DNA from: a bacterium
Lineage (GTDB): Bacteria > Acidobacteriota > Blastocatellia > HR10
Reading direction: 5' to 3'
NCBI GenBank assembly: GCA_041640655.1
Contig: JBEPZV010000010.1
Coordinates: forward strand, 1-64,000
Length of the DNA: 64,000 nt
Below, piece after piece: positions 40,729 through 50,212 of the stretch (positions are counted from its first letter, which is position 1; each line of letters begins with the position of its first letter). A program made the position numbers and the translations under genes. The notes under the pieces are model-generated. The model was not told where the DNA came from, made no database searches, and was given only the letters and a program-made list of their open reading frames with translations.

Positions 40729-40767
40729 GCGCGGGGCCTCCCCAGGATGTGCGAGAAGGAGGCGACG

Positions 40768-41775
40768 ATGGCGACGATCTACTACGATAAGGATGCCGAT
40801 CTGCGAGTGTTGGCGGGGAAGACGATCGCGATCGTGGGCTATGGGAGTCAAGGGCACGCGCACGCGTTGAACTTGCGCGACAGTGGGCAACGCGTCGTGG
40901 TGGGGTTGTACCGAGGGAGTCGGTCGTGGGCGAAGGCGGAACAGGAGGAGCTGACGGTGCTACCGGTGCGAGAGGCGGCCGAGCGGGGGGATGTGATCAT
41001 GCTCCTGGTGCCGGATCCGGTGCAGCCGGCGCTTTACGCGCAGGAGATTGCGCCGGCGCTGAAGCCGGGGAAGATGCTCCTGTTCGCGCACGGGTTCAAT
41101 ATCCATTATGGGCAGATCGTGCCGCCGCCAGAGGTGGACGTGGCGATGGTGGCGCCCAAGGGGCCGGGACATCGGATGCGGGAGTTGTTCGTGGAAGGGC
41201 AGGGAGTTCCGGCTCTTCTGGCCGTGCATCAGGATGCGTCGGGACGAGCGAAGGAGCTGGCCCTGGCCTACGCCAAAGGGATCGGGGCGACGCGCGCTGG
41301 CGTGATCGAGACGACGTTTCGGGAGGAGACGGAGACCGATCTCTTCGGGGAGCAAACGGTGCTGTGCGGGGGGGTGACGGCGCTGATCAAAGCGGGATTT
41401 GAGACGCTGGTGGAGGCGGGGTATCAGCCGGAGGTCGCCTACTTCGAGTGCCTGCACGAGCTGAAGCTGATCGTGGATTTGATCTACGAGGGGGGATTGA
41501 GCTACATGCGTTACTCGATCAGCGACACGGCCGAGTACGGCGATTACACGCGGGGGCCGCGCATCATCAATGAGTCGGTGCGAGCGGAGATGCGGCGGAT
41601 TCTCGCGGAGATCCAGAATGGGACCTTCGCTCGCGAGTGGATCCTGGAGAATCAAGCTGGGCGGCCGAGCCTCACCGCCTATCGGCGGCGGGAAGCCGAG
41701 CTGCTCATTGAGCAGGTGGGCCGAACCTTGCGCGAGAAGATTCTGGGGCTGAGGGCCCGCTCGACTTCCGCTTGA
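40768..41775 (+). CDS. ilvC: Ketol-acid reductoisomerase
   Basis: [45 protein letters not shown]. Confidence 0.97.
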   Translation: MATIYYDKDADLRVLAGKTIAIVGYGSQGHAHALNLRDSGQRVVVGLYRGSRSWAKAEQEELTVLPVREAAERGDVIMLLVPDPVQPALYAQEIAPALKPGKMLLFAHGFNIHYGQIVPPPEVDVAMVAPKGPGHRMRELFVEGQGVPALLAVHQDASGRAKELALAYAKGIGATRAGVIETTFREETETDLFGEQTVLCGGVTALIKAGFETLVEAGYQPEVAYFECLHELKLIVDLIYEGGLSYMRYSISDTAEYGDYTRGPRIINESVRAEMRRILAEIQNGTFAREWILENQAGRPSLTAYRRREAELLIEQVGRTLREKILGLRARSTSA

Positions 41776-41913
41776 GGACTGAGTGAGAGCGGGGAGAAGT
41801 CGTCCCGCCGGCGAAACGGTCTGTCACTCCTTGCTGCGGGGACGATCTCCGTCTAAGGTATCTCTCTTCGGGGCGAGGTGGCGTGCTCCGTTCGCCTAAG
41901 GAGGAGGGGGCCT

Positions 41914-42540
41914 ATGGGCATCCTGTATGAGGATGTCGCTCGGTATCTGGATGATCTCGCTCCCGATCGCCTCGACGTCCTTCGCGAGCAGGAGGACGTG
42001 GCGCGTCGGCGGCGCATTCCCATCGTGGGACCGATCGTGGGGCGGTGGCTGCACCAGTTGGCGCGCATGATCGGCGCGCGGCGAATCTTCGAGATGGGAT
42101 CGGCGATCGGGTATTCGACGATTTGGCTGGCGCTGGCCGTCCCAGAGGATGGCATCGTGTATTACACCGACGGCGATCCGGCCAATGCGCGAGAAGCGCT
42201 CAGGTATTTTCAGCGCGCGGGGGTGGCCGATCGCGTTCGGATTCTCGTGGGGGATGCGTTGAAACTGCTGGATCAGGTGGAGGGGGAATTCGATCTGATC
42301 TTCAACGACGTGGACAAGCACCAGTATCCGGACGTCTTTCGGAAAGCGGTGCCGCGCCTTCGGCGTGGCGGTCTGCTGGTGGCCGATAATGTGCTGTGGG
42401 GGGGGCGCGTGGCTCGTGGGGAGACCGATCCCGATACGTCGGCCATTCGCGAGTTCAATCGGCTGATCTTCTCGGCGCCGGATCTGCTGACGACGATCGT
42501 CCCATTGCGCGATGGCGTCTCGGTGAGCTTGAAACTGTGA
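41914..42540 (+). CDS. SAM-dependent O-methyltransferase (Methyltransf_3 / caffeoyl-CoA OMT-like)
   Basis: EMGSAIGYST, FDLIFNDVDK, ADNVLW.G, PLRDG. Confidence 0.88.
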   Translation: MGILYEDVARYLDDLAPDRLDVLREQEDVARRRRIPIVGPIVGRWLHQLARMIGARRIFEMGSAIGYSTIWLALAVPEDGIVYYTDGDPANAREALRYFQRAGVADRVRILVGDALKLLDQVEGEFDLIFNDVDKHQYPDVFRKAVPRLRRGGLLVADNVLWGGRVARGETDPDTSAIREFNRLIFSAPDLLTTIVPLRDGVSVSLKL

Positions 42541-42558
42541 GGGGGTGCGGAAGCGGAC

Positions 42559-43524
42559 TCACGTGGTGGCGAAGAGCGCGGCGGCGCCGAGGATCCCGAC
42601 GTCCGCTTCCAGGCGCGCGGGGACGATGGCGATCTCCGCCGCGCGCGGCAGGATGGAATAGGTGGGCGTGAGCTGACGCAAGCGAGGGAACAAGAGGTCG
42701 CCCCATTGGGAGACCCCCCCGCCCAGGATGATGATGTCGGGGTCGAAGACATTGATCATGCCGCCGAGCCAGATGCTCAGAAAGCGCGCTGTCTCCTCGA
42801 CGATCTCCAGCGCCACGGGATCGCCCCGGCGCGCGGCCTCGCCGACGACGATGGGCGTGATCGCCTCGATGTCTCCGGCGACCAGCTCCAGAATCTGCGA
42901 GCGTTCTCGCGTCGCGCGCAGCTTCTCTTTGGCCCGCCGCGCGATAGCCGTACCTGAGGCGAACGCCTCGATACATCCCCGATGGCCGCAGTTGCACAAT
43001 GGGCCTTCGTGATCAATGGTGACGTGCCCGGCCTCGACGGCCATCCCCGTTCTCCCGCCGTAGATCTTCCCGCGCAGGATGACTCCCGTTCCAATGCCCG
43101 TGCTCACGGTGACGTAGAAGACATACTCGTATCCTGCGCCGGCTCCGAAGAGCGCCTCGGCGAGTCCAGCTGCGTTGGCATCGTTCTCGATGAGAACCGG
43201 ACGGCCGTAGCGCTCGCGCATCAGGCGCGCCAGGGGGACATTCCGCAAGGCCGGGATGTTCGGCGAATAGAGCAACTCTCCTGTCCGCGGGTCGAGCGGA
43301 CCTGGAGCGACGACGCCGATGCCGCCGATGTCCTCAGCGCGACGCCCCGCACGTTCGAGGACGAGGTCCACGGAAGCGAAGATCTGACGGAGCACGTCCT
43401 CCTGGGACCGATCCGCCAGCGTGGGCAGGACGACGCGCTCCACCACGCGCATACGGCGAACCAAGCCCGTCGCGATCTTCGTCCCTCCGATGTCCACGCC
43501 GATGACTTCCCGCTCATCGTTCAT
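42559..43524 (-). CDS. ROK family sugar kinase (glucokinase-like)
   Basis: GVDIGGTK, ENDANAA, STGIG.G, EAGH, CNCG..GC.E, ILGGG. Confidence 0.9.
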   Translation of the reverse strand: MNDEREVIGVDIGGTKIATGLVRRMRVVERVVLPTLADRSQEDVLRQIFASVDLVLERAGRRAEDIGGIGVVAPGPLDPRTGELLYSPNIPALRNVPLARLMRERYGRPVLIENDANAAGLAEALFGAGAGYEYVFYVTVSTGIGTGVILRGKIYGGRTGMAVEAGHVTIDHEGPLCNCGHRGCIEAFASGTAIARRAKEKLRATRERSQILELVAGDIEAITPIVVGEAARRGDPVALEIVEETARFLSIWLGGMINVFDPDIIILGGGVSQWGDLLFPRLRQLTPTYSILPRAAEIAIVPARLEADVGILGAAALFATT

Positions 43525-43642
43525 GCTCGGTTCTCCTCTGCCCGGAGGCATTCGCGCGAAGACGGGCATCGTAAGCCGCGCGCGGCGCGTTTGTCAATGG
43601 AGGGTTCGCGGGAGGATCGTCAGCGGAGGCTCGACCTCAGCA

Positions 43643-45793
43643 TCAGGAGCGGCCCTCGATGATGAAGACGGGCTCCGTCGGCAGGAGCGCGCACAAGATG
43701 CGCTCGGCCCATCGTTGCGCTTGCTCGGGAGAGGCGGCTTGCGAGAGATCGAGGCAGTGCGTCGTGGAGAGAAGGTAGCGACGCGTCGAAGGCACGAAGG
43801 CGCGCTCGCGATCGAGGAGGCGAGCGAGTGTCGCCGAGGCCTCTGCGGCTGTCGTCGTGGTGATCATCGCCTCTTCCAGAGCGAAGACGACATTCCCCTC
43901 TTTATCGCAGACGCACAGTTTGGGTCGCGCTGTCTGGCGCTGGCGGAAGAAACGGCGACGCGAGGTGCGGCCTTGGTAAATTTCAAATCCTTCGGTCTCG
44001 GCCACGAGTTCGACGTGATCTTCCGGGATGGCCATCATGGTTGCCGCGAGGGCCACGCGTTGATCCGGCGTCACGCGCAGAGACGAACGTTCGGGATGCG
44101 GGCTCAGGCGTCCCGTCACCGTGAGGCGCGCGCGCCGCGTCGCCGAATCCCGGTCAATGGTCGTCCGGAGCGAAGCTCGCTCCGCCCCCCATTCGAGCAG
44201 CGTTCGCTCGGCTTCCTGGCGCCAGCGCTCCAGCTCTTTCTCCTCCGAGTGCGCGAGCGAACGCTCGATCGTCTCTCGAAGATCTGCCGCGGCGGCGCCG
44301 AGAGCACTCATCATCTCTCCCTGTTCGAGAAGGATGGATCGCAACCCGAGCCGTTGCGCCAGCAGCGGCAGCAAGAGCGGAGCCGATGTCCCCATTCCGA
44401 CCAGTGGCGGAGCGGGATCCCGGAAATGTCGGCGCAGCGCTTTTTGGACCAGATCGGCGAGCGCGCCGATCGCGCGCTCCACGATCACTTCGGCCGCGTC
44501 TTCGGGCGCGAGCGCGAATCGCGCGGCCAGCCGCTCAAGGGCCTTCCGAGCGATCGCCCTTCGCTCCTCATCGGCCTCGTCGAGCCCCAGGCACAGCGCA
44601 GCATCGCCGACCGTGAGCGCGTAACGGTTGCCGTCGGGTGTAGCGATCGCTAGGAATTCTTCGGAAGATCTGGGCGTCGGGTGAAATGCGATCACACGCG
44701 CGCCCTCAAGGGCTTCCCCCGTGGCCTTTTGGGCCGGAGCCATCGCGAGCGTCGAGGCGCTCCAGGGCCCGATGCCCGCGATCATGCCGCGTTGGAACCT
44801 CAGCAGGCTCTCGCTCCCCACAGCGAGCGAGAAGATCTCGAGAGCTCGAAGCGGCACCCGCATATCCGCCAGTTCCGCTTCCCCCTCGAAAGCGCGCCCC
44901 TGCTGAATCATCGCGACATGCGAGACGCTTCGTCCTATCCGAATGAGGATACCCTCCTGAAGCCGGGCGCGCTGAAGCGCCCCGAGAATTCCGGCCGCGG
45001 GGCCGGAGAAGAGGCCGAGCAAAGGGCGGTGGAGCAGATGTCTCCACGGCGCGAGACCGCCATCATTGCGGACGATGAAGAGCGGTGCCCGGAGGCCGGC
45101 CTGTCGCGCACATTCCTGGATCACTCCGCCGACCGCGAAGACATCAGCCAGGGCAGTCACCAGGCAGAGGGCCGCCCGGAGGCGAAACTTTGGGTCCGAC
45201 GCCGCGGAGAACTCGGAGACGCTGCACATTGGCACGCCCAATCGCGAGCGAGATTCCAGGAGCGTCCATTCGGCATGAGCGTGGGAGCGTTCGCGCGTGG
45301 GGACGAGGACGAAACCTTCAGCGCCGCGCGCGCGCAGGGCGAGAAGGGGATCGAACCAGTCCGCCGCGCTCTCCAGATCAGAGGAGCGAAGGAGAAGGCG
45401 CGCGATGGGAACCGTATGGCCAGAGAGGAGGGGAATCGCTTCGAGCTCGGTTTCGGTGAGAGAAGGGGGCGAAGCGCGCTCCTTCGGATCGAGCATGATG
45501 AGGCCGACAAGGGACGGGCGAGCCTGCAGGGCAGCGCTCACGCCCAGGGTCGTGCTGAAGGAGAGCGCCAGAACGCGATCGGGCGGAAATCCCCCCCTGG
45601 CCAGAAGAGTCCACAGGGCACGACGAATCTCCTCGGCGCGATCCCTCCACGCGATCGGTGATGCCGCTCCATCGCGCGAGCGCTCGCCGTGAACGGCTAG
45701 AACGTCAAGCGTTTCATGGTCGAGCGCCGCCACATACGTGCCCTCCTCCTCGACAGCGATCCCGATGCGGATCCATGCTTGCTCGTTCGCCAT
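43643..45793 (-). CDS. Hydantoinase/oxoprolinase A family-like protein with degenerate ATP-binding motifs
   Basis: STT, DGG, SGPAAG, GP.SA, SALGAA landmarks; both DxGGT motifs are altered. Confidence 0.6.
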   Translation of the reverse strand: MANEQAWIRIGIAVEEEGTYVAALDHETLDVLAVHGERSRDGAASPIAWRDRAEEIRRALWTLLARGGFPPDRVLALSFSTTLGVSAALQARPSLVGLIMLDPKERASPPSLTETELEAIPLLSGHTVPIARLLLRSSDLESAADWFDPLLALRARGAEGFVLVPTRERSHAHAEWTLLESRSRLGVPMCSVSEFSAASDPKFRLRAALCLVTALADVFAVGGVIQECARQAGLRAPLFIVRNDGGLAPWRHLLHRPLLGLFSGPAAGILGALQRARLQEGILIRIGRSVSHVAMIQQGRAFEGEAELADMRVPLRALEIFSLAVGSESLLRFQRGMIAGIGPWSASTLAMAPAQKATGEALEGARVIAFHPTPRSSEEFLAIATPDGNRYALTVGDAALCLGLDEADEERRAIARKALERLAARFALAPEDAAEVIVERAIGALADLVQKALRRHFRDPAPPLVGMGTSAPLLLPLLAQRLGLRSILLEQGEMMSALGAAAADLRETIERSLAHSEEKELERWRQEAERTLLEWGAERASLRTTIDRDSATRRARLTVTGRLSPHPERSSLRVTPDQRVALAATMMAIPEDHVELVAETEGFEIYQGRTSRRRFFRQRQTARPKLCVCDKEGNVVFALEEAMITTTTAAEASATLARLLDRERAFVPSTRRYLLSTTHCLDLSQAASPEQAQRWAERILCALLPTEPVFIIEGRS

Positions 45794-45854
45794 CGTTCAT
45801 CTTCGTGGGGCGCGCTCTTGGCGACCTCTGGCGGTCAGCGCGCCTCTTCCATGT

Positions 45855-46433
45855 TCACGCTGAGGCGGAGCCGGAGGATGACGGCGTTGGTCCGAAGCTC
45901 GCTTCCTCTTCCGCGGCATGGGCCTCGCGGTTGATCACGCGCGCCAGGACGAAGAGAAGGTCGGAGAGGCGGTTCAGATAAACGAGGACATGCTCGTTGA
46001 TCGGTTCTTCGGTCGCCAGTCGCACGACGCGTCGCTCCGCTCGGCGCGCGACGGTCCGGGCCAGGTGCAGCAAGGCGCCCGGCACACTCCCTCCCGGCAG
46101 GACGAATTCGCGTAAGGGGGGGAGCGTTTGGTTCCACTCATCTATCGCTCGTTCCAGGCGCGCGACATGTTCCGGCTCGATGCGCGGCGCTTTGATCTCG
46201 AGCGGACTGGCCAGATCAGCGCCGACCGTGAACAGCTCGTTCTGAATCTCGGCCAGGAGCCGATTCACCGGGGAGTCCTTCAAGTGCGCGCGTACAAGGC
46301 CAAGGAGCGAGTTCAGTTCATCCACTTCCCCATAGGCTTCAACGCGCGGAGAGTCTTTCCGCACGCGCCGACCTCCGATGAGCGATGTCTCCCCCTGATC
46401 GCCCGTTCGCGTGTAAACCTTCGTGATGCGCAT
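45855..46433 (-). CDS. ATP:cob(I)alamin adenosyltransferase, PduO type
   Basis: [45 protein letters not shown]. Confidence 0.94.
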   Translation of the reverse strand: MRITKVYTRTGDQGETSLIGGRRVRKDSPRVEAYGEVDELNSLLGLVRAHLKDSPVNRLLAEIQNELFTVGADLASPLEIKAPRIEPEHVARLERAIDEWNQTLPPLREFVLPGGSVPGALLHLARTVARRAERRVVRLATEEPINEHVLVYLNRLSDLLFVLARVINREAHAAEEEASFGPTPSSSGSASA

Positions 46434-46444
46434 ATGACGCCCCC

Positions 46445-46474
46445 ATTATAGCCGCGATGCCCAGGAGGCAGCAA
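46445..46474 (-). promoter_or_regulatory. Sigma70 promoter for the PduO gene (TTGCTG-18-TATAAT), near-leaderless transcript
   Basis: Perfect -10 at 46450-46445, 11 nt from the ATG at 46433. Confidence 0.55.
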
Positions 46475-46507
46475 TTCCGGCGACAATCGCTCATGGGGAG
46501 GCACTGC

Positions 46508-46537
46508 TTGACAGAAGGAGGGGCGGACAAGTACAAT
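46508..46537 (+). promoter_or_regulatory. Sigma70 promoter of the metal efflux cluster (TTGACA-18-TACAAT)
   Basis: -35 at 46508-46513, -10 at 46532-46537; ATG at 46548 lies 10 nt downstream (near-leaderless). Confidence 0.7.
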
Positions 46538-46547
46538 CTCTGCCGTA

Positions 46548-46976
46548 ATGAAGCGAGCATCTCTGGCCATTCTCCTCCTTCTGGCCGTCGGCGGCGTGGG
46601 GCGGACCGCGGTGCTCTGTGCGCGTTCTCTCTGTTCGGTTCCCCTCTCGATATGTTGTTGTCATCGTATGGAGCGTGGCGCATCGGTGCGCCTCGCGCGT
46701 CCGATGACCTGTGAGGGCACTCAAGGAATGGCGGGAGATCTCCACTGGGGGGCACCGGCGCGCGCGTGCTGCACCTTCTCTTCTGCTCCGACCCGGCCTC
46801 TCGGCGAAGCGGCTTCTCGGTCTCTGGCTGCGCATCTGTGTGAGGGGGAGATGGTGCGCTCTGCAGAGTTGGGGGCATGTGGGAGTTCTCCTCCGGCCAT
46901 GGCCCGCGCTTCATTGCCGGATGCCTCTGCGGGACTGCTCCCGATCTATCTCCGCCTCGCTGTCTTGCGCATTTAG
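46548..46976 (+). CDS. Cys-rich exported leader protein (upstream ORF) of the Cu/Ag efflux operon
   Basis: Signal-like N-terminus, 10 Cys including CCCH and CC, C-terminal SPP...PIYLRLAVLRI; immediately behind a strong promoter. Confidence 0.65.
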   Translation: MKRASLAILLLLAVGGVGRTAVLCARSLCSVPLSICCCHRMERGASVRLARPMTCEGTQGMAGDLHWGAPARACCTFSSAPTRPLGEAASRSLAAHLCEGEMVRSAELGACGSSPPAMARASLPDASAGLLPIYLRLAVLRI

Positions 46977-47136
46977 CCTCTTTTCTCTGGTCCCATCCTG
47001 GATTGAGCCGCGGGGATCACTCCCTGTCTGAGGAGATTCCTCTGAGGACGAGCGGGATCTCGTGCGGCATTCACGCGATGATGTGTGTGAGCGCATGATT
47101 CCCGAAGACGCGGAGGTGGGCCATGAGAAGAGGCTA
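46974..47136 (+). promoter_or_regulatory. Long-range RNA helix pairing the leader ORF stop region with the SD/ATG of the TolC-like gene
   Basis: 46974-46997 (TAGCCTCTTTTCTCTGGTCCCATC) is complementary to 47115-47136 (GGTGGGCCATGAGAAGAGGCTA), about 21 bp including G-U pairs. Confidence 0.55.
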
Positions 47137-48625
47137 CAGGATACGAATCTCGCACCCATTCGGTGGCTTGTGGCGAAGACATGGGGCCGCGAATGCATCG
47201 GTGAAGCGATGGTGGGGGATAGCGACGCTCGTGGGGCTTTTCGCGAACGCCTTCACCGCGCCTGCTCTGGGGCAACAGATTGCTCACCGCGCTGGCGTCG
47301 CGGAGAGAACGCTCTCCTGGAGAGGGTTCCCGGACTCGGCGGAGATCTCTCCCGATCGGTCTTCGGCCGATCTGGAGGCGTGGGAGGCGACGCGCTCCGT
47401 TGATGCGGACGTCACGCAAAAAGCGAACGTGCCGGGATCACCCTCGGTCGTCACTTTGGACGAGCTGATCGCTGAGGCCATGAGGAGGAATCCGGAGATC
47501 CTGGCCGCGCGACGGCAATACGATATGAAGCGCGCGCGTGTTCCGCAGATGACAGCTCCGCCCGAGCCGATGCTCTCAGTAGCTGCGATGGGGAATCTGC
47601 TCCCGTTCTCCGTCCAGGTGGGAGACCCCTCCAGTGCGCGCATCGTGAGCTTCTCACAAGATATCCCATTCCCCGGGAAACTCGCCCTTCAGGGGAAGGC
47701 CGCGGCCATGGAGGCGGAGGCTGAACGGTGGGCGTATGAGCGGACGTGGCGGACAGTGATCGCCGATCTGAAAGTGGCCTACTACGACCTCTACTTCGTG
47801 GAGAAATCCACCGAGATCATCACCCGGGTTAAGGGCCTCCTTGAGCAACTGCTCAAGATCGCCGAGGCTCGGTATCAGGTGGGGAAGGCGGCGCAGCAGG
47901 ATGTCCTCAAAGCCCAGACGGAGATCTCGATCCTCATCGAGAGGTTGACTCTGTTAGAGCAACAACGCGCCCGCCTGGTCGCGCGCATTAATGCCCTCCT
48001 CGATCGTCCTCCGGAGGCCCCTCTTGGGCGGACCGTGGAGGTGAAGAAGGGCGCGTTACCCTATTCGCTTCAGGAGCTGTATGGCATGGCCGCAGCCCAG
48101 TATCCCGACCTCAAGCGGCAAGAACGATACATTGATCGCGCGCAGTATGCCGTCGCCCTGGCGAGGAAGGCGTCCTACCCGGATTTCGCCCTCGGGTTCC
48201 AATATCTCCAGCGTCCCCGGATGCCGGAGATGTGGGGGATCAGTTTCAGCGTGAAGCTCCCGCTCTACTTCTGGAAGCGGCAGCGGCCGGCGCTCGAGGA
48301 GGCGGCCGCCGAGCTCGCTCAAGCTCGACATGAGCACGAGGGGATTCGGGCACAGCTCTTCTTCCAGGTCAAGGATCACTATCTGATAGCGACGACAGCG
48401 GAACGACTCCTTCGGCTCTACGAGGAAGGGATCATCCCTCAAGCGACGTTGACCCTGGAGTCTTCGGTCGCCTCGTATCAGGTCGGGGCTGTGGACTTTT
48501 TGACGCTCCTCACCAATGCGATCACCGTGTTGACCTATGAGCTGAACTATTACGAGCAATTGGTCACCTTTCAGAAGGCGTTGGCGCAATTGGAACCGCT
48601 CATCGCGCGGGAATTGACGCGGTGA
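47123..48625 (+). CDS. TolC/CusC-like outer-membrane efflux protein
   Basis: SD GGAGG at 47112-47116; NPEI, SQDIPFPGKL, YQVG..DFL OEP repeats; precedes MFP and RND genes (alternative GTG start at 47201). Confidence 0.88.
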   Translation: MRRGYRIRISHPFGGLWRRHGAANASVKRWWGIATLVGLFANAFTAPALGQQIAHRAGVAERTLSWRGFPDSAEISPDRSSADLEAWEATRSVDADVTQKANVPGSPSVVTLDELIAEAMRRNPEILAARRQYDMKRARVPQMTAPPEPMLSVAAMGNLLPFSVQVGDPSSARIVSFSQDIPFPGKLALQGKAAAMEAEAERWAYERTWRTVIADLKVAYYDLYFVEKSTEIITRVKGLLEQLLKIAEARYQVGKAAQQDVLKAQTEISILIERLTLLEQQRARLVARINALLDRPPEAPLGRTVEVKKGALPYSLQELYGMAAAQYPDLKRQERYIDRAQYAVALARKASYPDFALGFQYLQRPRMPEMWGISFSVKLPLYFWKRQRPALEEAAAELAQARHEHEGIRAQLFFQVKDHYLIATTAERLLRLYEEGIIPQATLTLESSVASYQVGAVDFLTLLTNAITVLTYELNYYEQLVTFQKALAQLEPLIARELTR

Positions 48626-48682
48626 GCCCTCCTGGGGGAGGCCTTCTCGGGAGGCAGACACGTGACGTGGAGGGAGAGCGCG

Positions 48683-50188
48683 ATGGAAACAGAGAGAACG
48701 AAGGATCACGTCTCAAGCACAGAGGACCCGTTGGACGTGCTGCGAGAAGCTCATGTCCCACCGGAGGAAGGTCATGGTGAGGCCTCGCTTCGGGGGACCA
48801 CTTCGAGGTCCTCGGCTGGAGCGCCCGAGCGCAGACGCGCTCGAGCGCGCCTTCTCTGGATCGGTCTGCTCATCATCCTGGTGCTCATCGGGATCGGTCT
48901 TGGATCTCGATACTACCAGCAACGACGGGCCGTGGAGTCCGGAGGGAGAGTGGGCCTGGATGGACAGGCGCAGTCGGGGAAGGCCGTCTACTACTGTCCG
49001 ATGCATCCGGAATACACTTCGGAGAAGCCCGGAGAGTGCCCCGTGTGTGGGATGACGCTCGTGAAACGAGAGGAACCTGGTCATCCACCGGCGCATGAGG
49101 AGGCGCTGCCTCCGGGGACGGTGCGGATCAGTCCCGTCAAGCAACAGCTCATCGGTGTCACCTATGGGGAGGTGGCTTTTGGGCCGGTCGTTCACACGAT
49201 CCGAGCCGTGGGCAAGATCACGTATGATGAGACGAAGATCGCGCGCCTTCATGCCAAGATCGAGGGGTGGATCGAAAAGGTCCATGTGGATTATGTGGGG
49301 AAGTTCGTTCGGAAGGGGCAACCGCTTCTGGAGATCTACAGTCCGGAGCTGGTCGCCACGCAGCAGGAGCTGTTGCTGGCGCTTCGGGCGAAGGAATCGT
49401 TGGGCCGCAGTCCGTATCGAGAGATCGCTTCAGGGGCGCATTCGCTCTACGAGGCGAGTCGGAAGCGATTGGAGCTTTGGGATATTCCGGAGGAGGAGAT
49501 CCGACGGATTCAACGTCAGGGTGAGCCCCTGCGCACGCTCACGCTCTATGCACCGGTGACCGGATTCGTCCTGGCGCGGAATGCCTTCGAGCGGCAACGG
49601 GTGACGCCGGAGACCGAGCTATACACCATCGCCGATCTCTCGACCGTCTGGGTTCTGGTGGACATTTACGAATATGAGGCGCCGCTTGTCCGGATCGGAC
49701 AGAAGGCGACGATGACGCTCCCATATTTCCCGGGGAAGGTCTTTCACGGTCGCGTCGCCTATATCTATCCACAGCTGGACCCAATGACGCGCACGCTGAA
49801 GGTTCGCTTGGAGTTCCCCAATCCCGGACTCATGTTGAAGCCGGACATGTACGCCAATGTCGAGTTGCGAATCGAGTACGGTCGGCGGTTGTCCGTCCCG
49901 GAGGAGGCTGTCCTCGATTCCGGCACGGAGCAGATCGTCTTTGTCGCTCACGAAGGCGGGTATTTCGAGCCGCGTCGCGTTCGCGTGGGGCCGAAGGTGG
50001 CGAACCGGTATATCATCCTCGAGGGCTTGAAGGCCGGGGAGCGAATCGTCACCTCGGGGAACTTTCTCATTGATTCTGAGAGCCGTCTCCAGTCAGCCTT
50101 GCAGGGCATGAGGCAGGGTGGTCATGGAGGGGCGTCGGCTCCCGGTCCATCTCCGGCACCGGGGGGACATTCGGGACATCGCCCGTGA
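48683..50188 (+). CDS. cusB: CusB-like efflux periplasmic adaptor with heavy-metal-binding domain
   Basis: TM anchor; YYCPMHP..CPVCGM; GWIEK, YSPELV, LKPDMY, FLIDSES; His-containing tail. Confidence 0.88.
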   Translation: METERTKDHVSSTEDPLDVLREAHVPPEEGHGEASLRGTTSRSSAGAPERRRARARLLWIGLLIILVLIGIGLGSRYYQQRRAVESGGRVGLDGQAQSGKAVYYCPMHPEYTSEKPGECPVCGMTLVKREEPGHPPAHEEALPPGTVRISPVKQQLIGVTYGEVAFGPVVHTIRAVGKITYDETKIARLHAKIEGWIEKVHVDYVGKFVRKGQPLLEIYSPELVATQQELLLALRAKESLGRSPYREIASGAHSLYEASRKRLELWDIPEEEIRRIQRQGEPLRTLTLYAPVTGFVLARNAFERQRVTPETELYTIADLSTVWVLVDIYEYEAPLVRIGQKATMTLPYFPGKVFHGRVAYIYPQLDPMTRTLKVRLEFPNPGLMLKPDMYANVELRIEYGRRLSVPEEAVLDSGTEQIVFVAHEGGYFEPRRVRVGPKVANRYIILEGLKAGERIVTSGNFLIDSESRLQSALQGMRQGGHGGASAPGPSPAPGGHSGHRP

Positions 50189-50212
50189 GCGGATCGGAGG
50201 ACGGAGGCTCGT

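Noticed and set aside
41793..41850. Inverted repeat after ilvC
   Set aside because: Large loop and no U-tract; at most an ordinary 3' structure, and no other copies were seen in the window.
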